A stretch of 56,563 bases of DNA, taken from NCBI GenBank assembly GCA_003553085.1, contig PUPH01000155.1, forward strand, positions 1 to 56,563, written 5' to 3'. Origin of the DNA: Thermoplasmata archaeon (GTDB lineage Archaea > Thermoplasmatota > Thermoplasmata > Halarchaeoplasmatales > Halarchaeoplasmataceae). A program made the position numbers and the translations under genes. A model generated the notes under the pieces. That model was not told the origin of the DNA. It made no database searches and saw only the letters and a list, made by a program, of their open reading frames with translations. Positions 29,201-36,783 of this stretch are shown piece after piece; the first letter of the stretch is position 1; every line of letters begins with the position of its first letter.

Positions 29201-29456
29201 ATTGGAAGCGAACGAGGCCATGTTGGAATTGGTCGGTATTCCTGAAGACGAGTTATTATCGATGAACCTAGAGGATTTGATCTCAAGCGGTGAAAGTATC
29301 AAAGAGATGCTATTAGATGAAGGGAAGGAAAAGATATCAAAAAAGATCTCGTTGAAGAACAAGGATGACGAAGAGATAATATGCTCGCTCACGGCGATGA
29401 CTGTTAAGCAGGAAGGGCAGGTAGACTGTATGCTAATCTATCTAAAAGAAAGTTAG
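26214..29456 (+). CDS. response-regulator receiver fused to PAS/GAF multisensor array, no recognisable output domain
   Basis: Track ORF trimmed to ATG 26214, with GGAGGT 8 nt upstream. REC motifs IMIVDDNPDD..DIVITDYHIRWTDG. Then PAS-GAF-GAF-PAS-GAF-PAS-PAS. The protein ends inside a PAS module (..DCMLIYLKES) with no HisKA/HATPase, HTH, GGDEF or HD domain seen. Confidence 0.9.
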   Translation: MTDKVKIMIVDDNPDDRSLAIRELRRNFRDIEIIEIIDADELDEAMDEGEFDIVITDYHIRWTDGLKVLRRVKERKPDCPVIMFTGTGNEEVAVQAMKSGLEDYVVKSPKHFVRLSASVHSALQDIKERRAKKELEDLYTRLFERVPLALYSVDTHGRILAANTAMLDLLGIDSKDELNEYRAQDFHIKDEKRDEEISILDERGLLKGYELHLKRVDGEDIWVKDYAYVIRDEKGEIKYIEGSLEDITAIKKAHLELKEQRDKIERLHEVALKILDCTEKQEVYETTIEAAKNILGFSACTIHEVEDDEFVVRATQDGALEIGSRNPIEGVAGKSYREQRSILLKDISEVDDAKPADKEYRSGISIPIGEKGVFLNISTEADEFDEDDLKMGEILVSHMTDALRRIDFTDRMKENEEKLEQLHRAASKMETIMYEDELYDISLELASDVLDFQWCTIHIIEDGDLIVKATTHLGTEVGTHLSLDEGIYGKTCMEKRTFIVDDVTQHEDAKPSSPELRSVISVPLGEFGDLQVLSDEAGHFNETDKKFAELLANHITEALQRIKKNKQLKKSEERYRLITENSYDLIAMVGYDGKLTYANKAFQRVLGYDNEELIGEYIFDMLHPEDKEGVEDIFYQTLEKGIPHGVAQFKLKDDDGNYRWFEAVGRGVEGEDLVMVVSRDIDKRKKAEIKAMEGKKVIEKLHETASKMMNSSNEDDIYKLTIEAASNILDFDVCTIAIEEDDHLLIKETTGEVYREGIILDKGVGIIGKTYNQKKAFIIDRVDELDEARPYNEEYRSALSVPFGDIGVFQSISYTESDFDEHDLERAEILITHAYDVIKRIRYEKELGENQKRYKSIFENTGTAMVILDPEMEIKMCNLEAQNLLGYDPEEMTDKNLADFVLDKKELEDLFEILFDAEYNGQHRGFLSICNRYDDVKDIFLVSSVLPDYDRILVSMLDVTQQVDNMKNLEQSQELFRVAFEGAPISMLLVDEGGIILEANEAMLELVGIPEDELLSMNLEDLISSGESIKEMLLDEGKEKISKKISLKNKDDEEIICSLTAMTVKQEGQVDCMLIYLKES

Positions 29457-29470
29457 GAGTTTGAGAACCG

Positions 29471-30952
29471 ATGGATGAAGAGGGATTCATAGATAGAAAT
29501 GAGGAATGTCGGATCCTCGAAAACATGGTGGAAGAGCTTGATAAAGGCAAGGGGGGTGCCGTGGTTATAACCGGAGAGGCGGGCATGGGTAAATCAACTT
29601 TGATCGAGTGGGTGATCGATAAAGCGGGAGAAAGAGGATACGATTCTTTTCAAGGCTCTTGTATCTCAAGGAACGGACTGGAGTATTATGCGTTCAAAGA
29701 GGCTTTTGAGGATATCGCATCACCAAACGAATCCATACCATCACTACCTCTTGGGATATCCATATTCTCAGACGGTAGGTCCGAGGAGGAGATCCCTTTG
29801 TTCGACTCGGAGAGGCAAAACACATTGAGAGAATCTTTCGAAGCGATCTCCAGCATGGCTTTGGAAACACCCATGATCATCATAATCGAGGAGTTGCATT
29901 GGGCGGATAAATCTACACTTTTGGCATTTAGATACCTATCGGAGCACTCTAGAGATCATCCTATCATGCTGATAGCCTCGTATAGATCCGACGAAGCCGT
30001 AGGCTATCATCTTTTGGATGAAACTATCCACCATCTAAAGCAGAAAGGGATATGTAAAGAAATAGATCTGACTTCCTTCGATGTAGATGATACAAAAGAT
30101 GCGTTGCATAGTTTGCTCGGGGAGGAGCCACCATATTGGTTCGCCCGAGGATTACAATCTAAAACCGATGGGAACCCTCTATTTATAACAGAGACCATAA
30201 AATCTATGCGATCCAAGGGAATACTGATACCTGAAGAGGGGGTTTATCCGGACATAGGATCATATCTCGATTGGCCGTCCACTGTTAAGTATATCGTGGA
30301 AAGGAAAATGGTCAAGCTGGATAAGAAAACAAAAAATCTACTAAAATACGCTAGCATACTCGGACCGTCCTTCCCATACAATCTATTGTCGGACTTCGTA
30401 GATATGGATGAGATGGAGATGTTGGATTACCTCGATACAGCGATCGAACATGGGATATTAGAGGAGATGATCAGTACGGAGGGATATCGTTTTACCCAAC
30501 AGGCAGTAAGAGACGTTCTCTACGAATCTCAATTCAAAGGAAAGAAAAGACTGCTTCATAAAAGAGCGGCAGAGTCCATCGAGAACATATACTATGGGGA
30601 TGAGACACCTTATGGTCGACTTGGTGAACATTACGAGAACGCAAAGATTTACGATAGATCATATGAGAATTACGTCAAAGCTGCGGAAACCGCTGAAGAT
30701 AACGATGAAAAAATAAGATTTTACAAAGCAGCTTTGAATGTTTCAAATAATACATCTATGGATGCTGAGGAGGTAAAAGAAGAATTTGGTAACCTGCTAC
30801 TTGAACATGGTGAAAAGTTGATCGAAGAAGGGAGTGAAGGGGATCTATTTTTAGAGGATGCGAAAGTTATCTTCAAGGATCTCGGTGACGAAGAGCGTCA
30901 TAAAAAAGCCTGCAGATTATTGGGTGAGGAGCAGGACAATATTTATAAATAA
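29471..30952 (+). CDS. AAA_16/STAND-like ATPase with short helical-repeat tail (paralog 2)
   Basis: FIDRNEECRILENMV, Walker A GEAGMGKST and Walker B MIIIIEELHWADKST. It starts 14 nt after the sensor stop, with TAGGAG 12 nt upstream of the ATG. Confidence 0.85.
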   Translation: MDEEGFIDRNEECRILENMVEELDKGKGGAVVITGEAGMGKSTLIEWVIDKAGERGYDSFQGSCISRNGLEYYAFKEAFEDIASPNESIPSLPLGISIFSDGRSEEEIPLFDSERQNTLRESFEAISSMALETPMIIIIEELHWADKSTLLAFRYLSEHSRDHPIMLIASYRSDEAVGYHLLDETIHHLKQKGICKEIDLTSFDVDDTKDALHSLLGEEPPYWFARGLQSKTDGNPLFITETIKSMRSKGILIPEEGVYPDIGSYLDWPSTVKYIVERKMVKLDKKTKNLLKYASILGPSFPYNLLSDFVDMDEMEMLDYLDTAIEHGILEEMISTEGYRFTQQAVRDVLYESQFKGKKRLLHKRAAESIENIYYGDETPYGRLGEHYENAKIYDRSYENYVKAAETAEDNDEKIRFYKAALNVSNNTSMDAEEVKEEFGNLLLEHGEKLIEEGSEGDLFLEDAKVIFKDLGDEERHKKACRLLGEEQDNIYK

Positions 30953-31005
30953 TATCATCTTCTACCATCACTACACCACATGGATGATATGAGTAAAACA
31001 CATAT

Positions 31006-31078
31006 GCGGGTGTGGTGTAGCCTGGTATCACTTAAGCTTGCCAAGCTTGGAACTCGGGTTCAAATCCCGGCACCCGCA
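31006..31078 (+). tRNA. tRNA-Gly (GCC)
   Basis: Cloverleaf folded by hand. Acceptor GCGGGTG/CACCCGC, anticodon arm TAAGC-TTGCCAA-GCTTG, T arm TCGGG-TTCAAAT-CCCGG, discriminator A. No encoded CCA. Confidence 0.9.
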
Positions 31079-31138
31079 TCCATCTTATCTTCTGAAAAAG
31101 TAATCGTATTATAGTTCACGTAATCCATAACACCAAGG

Positions 31139-31504
31139 CTAATCCATTGAAGCAACCTGTTCAAGTATAGAAATCTCTACAGGGGTTAAATCCTTTTTGA
31201 AAATATGTAGGAGTACTTTTTTATGAGCATGTTCATTACCTATAGTAACTCTCCCGTTAGATAATGCTCTGGAAACTCCTTTATCCTCGCCTTTGATTTT
31301 ACATATCAGATATAGTGAATAATCCTTCCTAGGCTTGGCCTCCAATTCGATCCTAGGTTCAACAGTCCATAAGGTATATGCTCCTGAAAATTCATCCCCA
31401 AGGAACACCCTACCGTCTATGCTAGCGACTTCCTCTTTTATCTCAATTTTCCAGGGGGCCGGTAGTTCGATCTTGTAAAACTCATCTTTTTCGATGTCGT
31501 TCAT
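31139..31504 (-). CDS. hypothetical cytoplasmic protein (last gene of island operon)
   Basis: 121-aa ORF with no TM segment and no recognisable motif. Same strand as the five upstream genes. Confidence 0.5.
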   Translation of the reverse strand: MNDIEKDEFYKIELPAPWKIEIKEEVASIDGRVFLGDEFSGAYTLWTVEPRIELEAKPRKDYSLYLICKIKGEDKGVSRALSNGRVTIGNEHAHKKVLLHIFKKDLTPVEISILEQVASMD

Positions 31505-31635
31505 ATATACAACTCGGAAGAATGAAGGGAGTTAGAGAATATATAGCCGTTTTGGAGTTATATCAATATAATAGTTTTACATGGCGAAATTTAGATAGCT
31601 TAAGTGATTTCAAGAAAAAATTGTGCCTCGATAAA

Positions 31636-32607
31636 TCATAAACGCTCTTTTTTGCGCACCCATATCATGAGCGCCACCACGGGAGCTAATACTATCGAAA
31701 GGGCCAATGCGGCGGCTAGTATTGGGTGTATACCTTTGTCTTTTATCTCAATAGTTAAGGTGGCGTTGACCTGCCGGACCTCATCATCGAAGGTCGACAG
31801 GACCAAAAACGGTTCATTTGCAATTGCTTCATTATAGCCCCTCCCGGCCACCAGCTCTTTTACTTTTGTCCTTTCTTCATCGTGACCATCTTTTTCTTCG
31901 AAATAATCAGCAACAACGAAATAATTCGGCCGGCCAAAGACATAAGCTCTTATGGGCACGTCAGATTCAACCCTCAATAAAACGTAATTATCATTCTGAT
32001 CGTATCCCCTAAGCATATCCGTCGGTGTCGTCATACCCCATAAACCAAGTCCATGTCCCCGGCCTTCAAAGCTGATATCTATAGGTCTACCTATCATGTG
32101 TCCTTCATCAAGGTGGTAGTAAAATATCATCTTGATAGAACCCTCGGTTTTCAACGTTAATTCGTTAACCCCCCTCAGGTCTATTCCCGATTTACCCTCT
32201 TCAACCGTAAAGGATTCTCCTCGATTATCAAAGTATCTTATGAGATTTTCATCTTGATCCCAAAAAGACACGTTTCCGTATTTCTGAGGCACCTCACCTC
32301 GATAATCCTCAGACCAGGTAAAACGATAATCAAGTCTCATCTCTTTATAAAATGCAGGGACCTCAAAAGTATACTCGTTTTTACCTGAGAAATATCTAGG
32401 GAAGAATAGATCCTCAAAATGTTCAGGACACTCCTCTTCATGATAGTACTCGAAAGGAAATTCTTTCTCATCTATCTCCCTGCTCTTTAGATAACGGTTG
32501 GATGCCACGGCGACCACCAACAGCATCAGGACCACCAAACATACTTTGATCTTAGGTTTCATGGATCCATGCCTCATATTTTTGTACCTTAACGATAATA
32601 TCACCAC
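31636..32607 (-). CDS. bitopic surface protein, paralog B (N-terminal signal/anchor, C-terminal TM anchor)
   Basis: Likely start at MKPKIKVCLVVLMLLVV (ATG 32562). C-terminal anchor LAAALALSIVLAPVVALMIWVRKKERL. Clear paralog of 34930..35877, sharing HFEDLFFPRYF.G.NEY.F.VP.F, LKT.GS, ISFEGRG, LWGM, AYVFG and QVNAT. Confidence 0.7.
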   Translation of the reverse strand: MVILSLRYKNMRHGSMKPKIKVCLVVLMLLVVAVASNRYLKSREIDEKEFPFEYYHEEECPEHFEDLFFPRYFSGKNEYTFEVPAFYKEMRLDYRFTWSEDYRGEVPQKYGNVSFWDQDENLIRYFDNRGESFTVEEGKSGIDLRGVNELTLKTEGSIKMIFYYHLDEGHMIGRPIDISFEGRGHGLGLWGMTTPTDMLRGYDQNDNYVLLRVESDVPIRAYVFGRPNYFVVADYFEEKDGHDEERTKVKELVAGRGYNEAIANEPFLVLSTFDDEVRQVNATLTIEIKDKGIHPILAAALALSIVLAPVVALMIWVRKKERL

Positions 32608-33299
32608 TCTTTAACCTTATAAACAGCGTATAATAACGATGTTGAGACTAAAATCGGAAAAATGATAAATCCATATGAGTAATAAAAGGTAGTTGGTCTT
32701 TCAGCTTTTATATATACCGAATCTCTAAGGCGTATCCATCGGTCATAACCAGTAGGGTTAACCAAAACATATAAGAAATAATCGCCACCGCGTTCTACGC
32801 TAAAAGAATATGATATGTTATTTTCTATGTCGTTTTCTGTCACTACTATCTCATCGTATTCCAATGTATACACATTTGAAGTACCTTTTTCTATTTTTCT
32901 ATACCAGTCATCATAAAATTCGATACTATCACGGCTCATGTGACCATGATGTCGGTCATAAAAAAGTTCTTCAGCTTCGGGTATCCAGTCTGATCGCAAT
33001 AGAAGCAACTTAACTCTGAACTCCTTTTCAGGTCTATTTATTATATTTACCGTTCCCGTGGCAGTTTCCCCTTCTTCCAGTTCGTACCTTTCATCTAGTC
33101 CATGATCGTCGTAGTTAACCCGTAACTCTAAATTCTGGTACAAAAGATGATACAACTTCATCTCAGGGTCATCATCAAAATCCGAATACATGTTTTCATC
33201 GGGTCTAGTTTCAAGTGGTTCACCAGCCCCTCGTAAGGTAGGGGGAGTACTAACTATAGATATCACCATCAGTATAGCCATTAGATAGGTCCATTTCAT
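32601..33299 (-). CDS. bitopic surface protein (signal peptide plus C-terminal TM anchor)
   Basis: 232 aa. N-terminus MKWTYLMAILMVISIVS and C-terminus FIIFPILVSTSLLYAVYKVKEW. The middle part is acidic and beta-rich. No family recognised. Confidence 0.6.
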   Translation of the reverse strand: MKWTYLMAILMVISIVSTPPTLRGAGEPLETRPDENMYSDFDDDPEMKLYHLLYQNLELRVNYDDHGLDERYELEEGETATGTVNIINRPEKEFRVKLLLLRSDWIPEAEELFYDRHHGHMSRDSIEFYDDWYRKIEKGTSNVYTLEYDEIVVTENDIENNISYSFSVERGGDYFLYVLVNPTGYDRWIRLRDSVYIKAERPTTFYYSYGFIIFPILVSTSLLYAVYKVKEW

Positions 33300-33333
33300 A
33301 CACTCACTTCCCTGATAGATAGATAGGATACAA

Positions 33334-34083
33334 TTATAAAAAAAAAGTCAGAAAGATTGGAAATACCAGCAATAGATTATACATCTCTCCTAAGTATTGA
33401 TGATACATATCCGCATAAAAGAATATCGCATATGGGAAAAGTATGGACACTATATATCTAAGGTTGTCCTCGACCAACGGACGGGGGATCGCGGTCATAG
33501 AAAAAAATGACACGACAGCATATATCGATGTCGCTAGCATTGGAAGGGTCTTCTTTTTAGAAACGATCGATATGAATATCGATAAAGAGAAAACAAAAAG
33601 GCAAACGATGAAACCTAGGAGAACATAGTTTGATATCCACATTATCTTGTACCATGATACCTTTCCCCAATAGTGATAGAGGATTATAGATTGTCCAAGT
33701 ATTATTAGATTGATAAACGCGATCAAAAATATCCCAGCCAGTATCTTACCGATGAAAGTCACCTTTTTTCCATCATTAAGCATGAACAGATTTTGGATCG
33801 TTTTGGCTTCGAATTCGCTTCCGAACAATTTCGATCCAAGATACCCACTGTATATCATCAATATCATATATGAAAAAATGAACCCTATAAATATCGCAAA
33901 GAAATCTCCTTTTGTGAACAGGTCAAAAACATCACCGCATGCTATGCTGATTCCAAATATGATGAGCACAAGTAAAAACAGACTGTGATCTTGAACTTCA
34001 TCTTTTATAGCTTGTTTGAATATGAAATAAATTCTCAGAAAATTATCATTCATGTCCGAAGAACCCCCTGTACGTTTTATCAA
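33334..34083 (-). CDS. ABC-2 type transporter permease
   Basis: About 6 TM helices directly downstream of the ABC ATPase. Likely start is ATG 34053, which would overlap the ATPase stop by 8 nt. Confidence 0.65.
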   Translation of the reverse strand: MIKRTGGSSDMNDNFLRIYFIFKQAIKDEVQDHSLFLLVLIIFGISIACGDVFDLFTKGDFFAIFIGFIFSYMILMIYSGYLGSKLFGSEFEAKTIQNLFMLNDGKKVTFIGKILAGIFLIAFINLIILGQSIILYHYWGKVSWYKIMWISNYVLLGFIVCLFVFSLSIFISIVSKKKTLPMLATSIYAVVSFFSMTAIPRPLVEDNLRYIVSILFPYAIFFYADMYHQYLGEMYNLLLVFPIFLTFFL

Positions 34084-34963
34084 GTGAATTATTTGCCGTG
34101 GAAAATTCTATTTCTTCCTTCAACAACCATTTGAATATATCTTTTTCCACATGAGGGATATTAGTGTCTAAAACTAATTTAACAGAAGTATCATCAACCT
34201 CTATGTCCAACACTCCTTCTATACTCTTCATCTCATGGACTCGATCAATGTCGGATATGTTTACCACGATCTCCTTAGAACGTCGAACCACGTCCATAGC
34301 ACCTATCGGAGACCCGTTATAAGCAACCTCCCCTTCCTTCAAAACGATTAGCCAGTTACATACATCTTCAATATCTCTCAACTGATGTGTTGATATCAAA
34401 ACTGACCTTTTTCCCTTCGATATGTTCGATATCAGACTCATCAAGTCTTGTTTTATTATCGGATCTAGCCCCGCTAACGGTTCATCTAGAATGAGCAAAC
34501 TCGGATCTGTCAGTAAGCATCTCGCTATGCCCAATCTCTTCCTCATACCGTTAGAATAGTTTTTTATTTTTTCCGACCTTTTATTGTAAAGACCAACGGT
34601 TTTCAATTTTTGATCTATCTTATCTTTTTTATTATCAAGCAGATACAATTCGCTGAAATAACGGAGATATTGTTCCCCAGTCGATTGTAAATAATAGCCT
34701 TCATCTTCTCCTAGGTATCCTATCATCGATGTATCACTGCCTTCAACATCGCCTTCCAAAATCTCTAGCTCACCCTGGTACTTCAGAAGCCCTGCCACGC
34801 ACTTTATCAATGTTGTCTTACCCGCACAATTTGGTCCCACTAAGCCTGCGACTTTGCCTCTCGGGATGTACAGAGATACATCTTTCAAAGCATGCAGACT
34901 TCCATAATATTTATTGAGATTTTCGACCCTCAATGCCGTTTTTTCTTTTCTTTGTTTATCCAT
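34046..34963 (-). CDS. ABC transporter ATP-binding protein
   Basis: Walker A GPNCAGKTT, signature YSNGMRKRLGIA, Walker B LLILDEP, H-loop STHQL. Its start overlaps the upstream gene by 34 nt. Confidence 0.9.
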   Translation of the reverse strand: MDKQRKEKTALRVENLNKYYGSLHALKDVSLYIPRGKVAGLVGPNCAGKTTLIKCVAGLLKYQGELEILEGDVEGSDTSMIGYLGEDEGYYLQSTGEQYLRYFSELYLLDNKKDKIDQKLKTVGLYNKRSEKIKNYSNGMRKRLGIARCLLTDPSLLILDEPLAGLDPIIKQDLMSLISNISKGKRSVLISTHQLRDIEDVCNWLIVLKEGEVAYNGSPIGAMDVVRRSKEIVVNISDIDRVHEMKSIEGVLDIEVDDTSVKLVLDTNIPHVEKDIFKWLLKEEIEFSTANNSLDKTYRGFFGHE

Positions 34964-35877
34964 ATCATCATCCCTGCTACAGGTACCAACACTGATGAGA
35001 GAGCTACCACTGTTATCCAGTTAGGATAAGTTTCCTGCTCAATTATCTCAAGTGATACTGTTGCATTTACCTGTTCGATATCATCCCCAAAGGTAGATAA
35101 CACAAGATAAGGCTGGTTCACTATAGATAACTTTCTAACTTCTAGTTCCTTTTCTTTCGATCCCGCTTCATCGTAACTACCTTCTTCGAAGTGATCACGG
35201 AAATGAGAAGGAGAGCCAAATACATATGCTTTGAGAGGATTCTCAGATCTGACCTCGAATACCAAGTAGTGTTTATCTGGATCATAATTCTCGATTCCGT
35301 CCCCCAATCCCATACCCCACAAACAATAACCTATTCCTCTTCCTTCAAAACTGATTTCCACTGAGGATGTGAGTATATGCGTCACGTCTAGATCGATACT
35401 GAATATAGTTCTAAATGAACCCCGTGTCTTTAGAGTCATTGAGGTGACATCATCTAAATTGATCCCTTCGTATCCTCCGCCACCTATGTTTATCTTTCGA
35501 TTATCTGTGGAAAATAAAATATTTCCATTTTGGTCCATTAAAGTGATATTTGCATAGTTCACCGGATCATCCTCTAAACCTTGATCTGGAGGTGATTGAT
35601 ATCCCTGATACTCTTCGTCCCAGGTAAGGTCCCAACTCAAATTTTTATCCTGAAAGAAGGGTGGTACATCAAAGGAGTATTCGTTGATTCCTGTAAAATA
35701 CCTAGGAAAGAACAGGTCCTCAAAATGCTGCAAAGGAGCTTGTTCGTCATAGTGATCAAAGGGAGATTCTTTTTCATCATATATCCCCCGGCCAAAACGC
35801 ATCAGATGACTAGTGGTGAAACATGCCATAAGCATCATCACAATTATCAAGCAACATCTTAATTTCATATCGAACAT
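34930..35877 (-). CDS. bitopic surface protein, paralog A
   Basis: 315 aa. N-terminal hydrophobic CCLIIVMMLMACF and C-terminal anchor WITVVALSSVLVPVAGMMIWINKEKKKRH. Paralog of 31636..32607. Confidence 0.7.
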   Translation of the reverse strand: MFDMKLRCCLIIVMMLMACFTTSHLMRFGRGIYDEKESPFDHYDEQAPLQHFEDLFFPRYFTGINEYSFDVPPFFQDKNLSWDLTWDEEYQGYQSPPDQGLEDDPVNYANITLMDQNGNILFSTDNRKINIGGGGYEGINLDDVTSMTLKTRGSFRTIFSIDLDVTHILTSSVEISFEGRGIGYCLWGMGLGDGIENYDPDKHYLVFEVRSENPLKAYVFGSPSHFRDHFEEGSYDEAGSKEKELEVRKLSIVNQPYLVLSTFGDDIEQVNATVSLEIIEQETYPNWITVVALSSVLVPVAGMMIWINKEKKKRH

Positions 35878-36008
35878 GGTAAATTACACCATTCTATTTA
35901 TAACTTATTATCAGTATAGGTAAAAGCAGAGATGTTGATAGATTTATCAAATCAAAGGATATCATCTTGCCCACAATGTTTTTAAGTGTGGCATCGGATT
36001 CAGCCGAT

Positions 36009-36611
36009 ATGGAACCTTCACATGAGGACATCAAGGAAAAAGAGGGAAACAGATTCAACGCAACGAGCCTGATAGGTGATGTAAAAGTGGGTGAGATGTC
36101 GTACATATGGCCCGGTAGTTTGGTCAGGGGTACGATATCGGGTGTCAAAATAGGTGATGAAGTCACGATATTAGACAACGTGATCATATCAGATTCCCAT
36201 GGAAAAAAGACCGAGATAGACGAAGGAGTCTTCATCTCCCCTGGCTCCGTATTGAAAGGATGTAACATAGGTAAGAACTCTTTCATCGGTATGGACAGTG
36301 TCGTGATGAAAGGTGCAGAGATAGGAGAAGGGGCTGTGATATCCAACGGCAGCATAGTTCCCACCGATATGAAAGTGCCAGAGGGTAAGGTAGTAGCGGG
36401 ATCGCCCGCCGAGGTCGTAGGAGATGTGTCTGAAAGGGACCTTAAGCGGATAAGAAAAATCAGAGAACACGTTAACTGGAGGAGAGAAGAGTATTTCACC
36501 ATGAGGGAAAGAGGGGAGAGATACGGAGTGGACCGGGCTCCATCACGACCGGACGAGATAAGAGCGCTGTTGCTCGATGATGAAGAAAATGGTGGGGCCG
36601 CCGAAATTTGA
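36009..36611 (+). CDS. left-handed beta-helix (hexapeptide repeat) protein, gamma-carbonic-anhydrase-like
   Basis: GDVKVGEMSYIWPGSLVRGTISGVKIGDEVTILDNVII and further hexapeptide repeats. The usual GH...HG metal-ligand stretch reads SPGSVLKG, so it is probably non-catalytic. Track start TTG 35967; ATG 36009 preferred. Confidence 0.75.
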   Translation: MEPSHEDIKEKEGNRFNATSLIGDVKVGEMSYIWPGSLVRGTISGVKIGDEVTILDNVIISDSHGKKTEIDEGVFISPGSVLKGCNIGKNSFIGMDSVVMKGAEIGEGAVISNGSIVPTDMKVPEGKVVAGSPAEVVGDVSERDLKRIRKIREHVNWRREEYFTMRERGERYGVDRAPSRPDEIRALLLDDEENGGAAEI

Positions 36612-36667
36612 ATTCGGGTACCAGGCTCCCAAAGCCCGAAGGATGGACCAAGCTACCCCACGGCCCC
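36593..36667 (-). tRNA. tRNA-Pro (UGG)
   Basis: Minus strand GGGGCCG..CGGCCCCA. Anticodon arm CGGGC-TTTGGGA-GCCTG, T arm CCGAA-TTCAAAT-TTCGG, discriminator A. 75 nt. Confidence 0.9.
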
Positions 36668-36695
36668 ATAGGATACAGCTACCAAAAGGAATTTG

Positions 36696-36704
36696 TAATA
36701 TATA
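36696..36704 (-). promoter_or_regulatory. TATA box for tRNA-Pro
   Basis: Minus-strand GTATATATTAC lies about 30 nt upstream of the tRNA 5' end. Confidence 0.4.
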
Positions 36705-36783
36705 CTTTCTCCTCGATGCATCCGGTACTTATTTTCCAAGAAAGCGTAAAAATGTTTATTAAAAAGGTCCGCTTTTCGGGTGG

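Noticed and set aside
30971-31020. 10-nt inverted repeat: CTACACCACA (30971..30980) against TGTGGTGTAG (31011..31020, inside tRNA-Gly).
   Set aside because: It is short, one arm is the conserved tRNA D-arm region, and no flanking structure supports a processing or att function. It is likely coincidental.
31079-35966. Calling the tRNA-Gly-adjacent island an integrated mobile element.
   Set aside because: No integrase, transposase or phage/plasmid gene is present. I found no direct repeat of the tRNA-Gly 3' end at the far boundary (35878..35966). It is therefore reported only as a compositionally distinct accessory operon.
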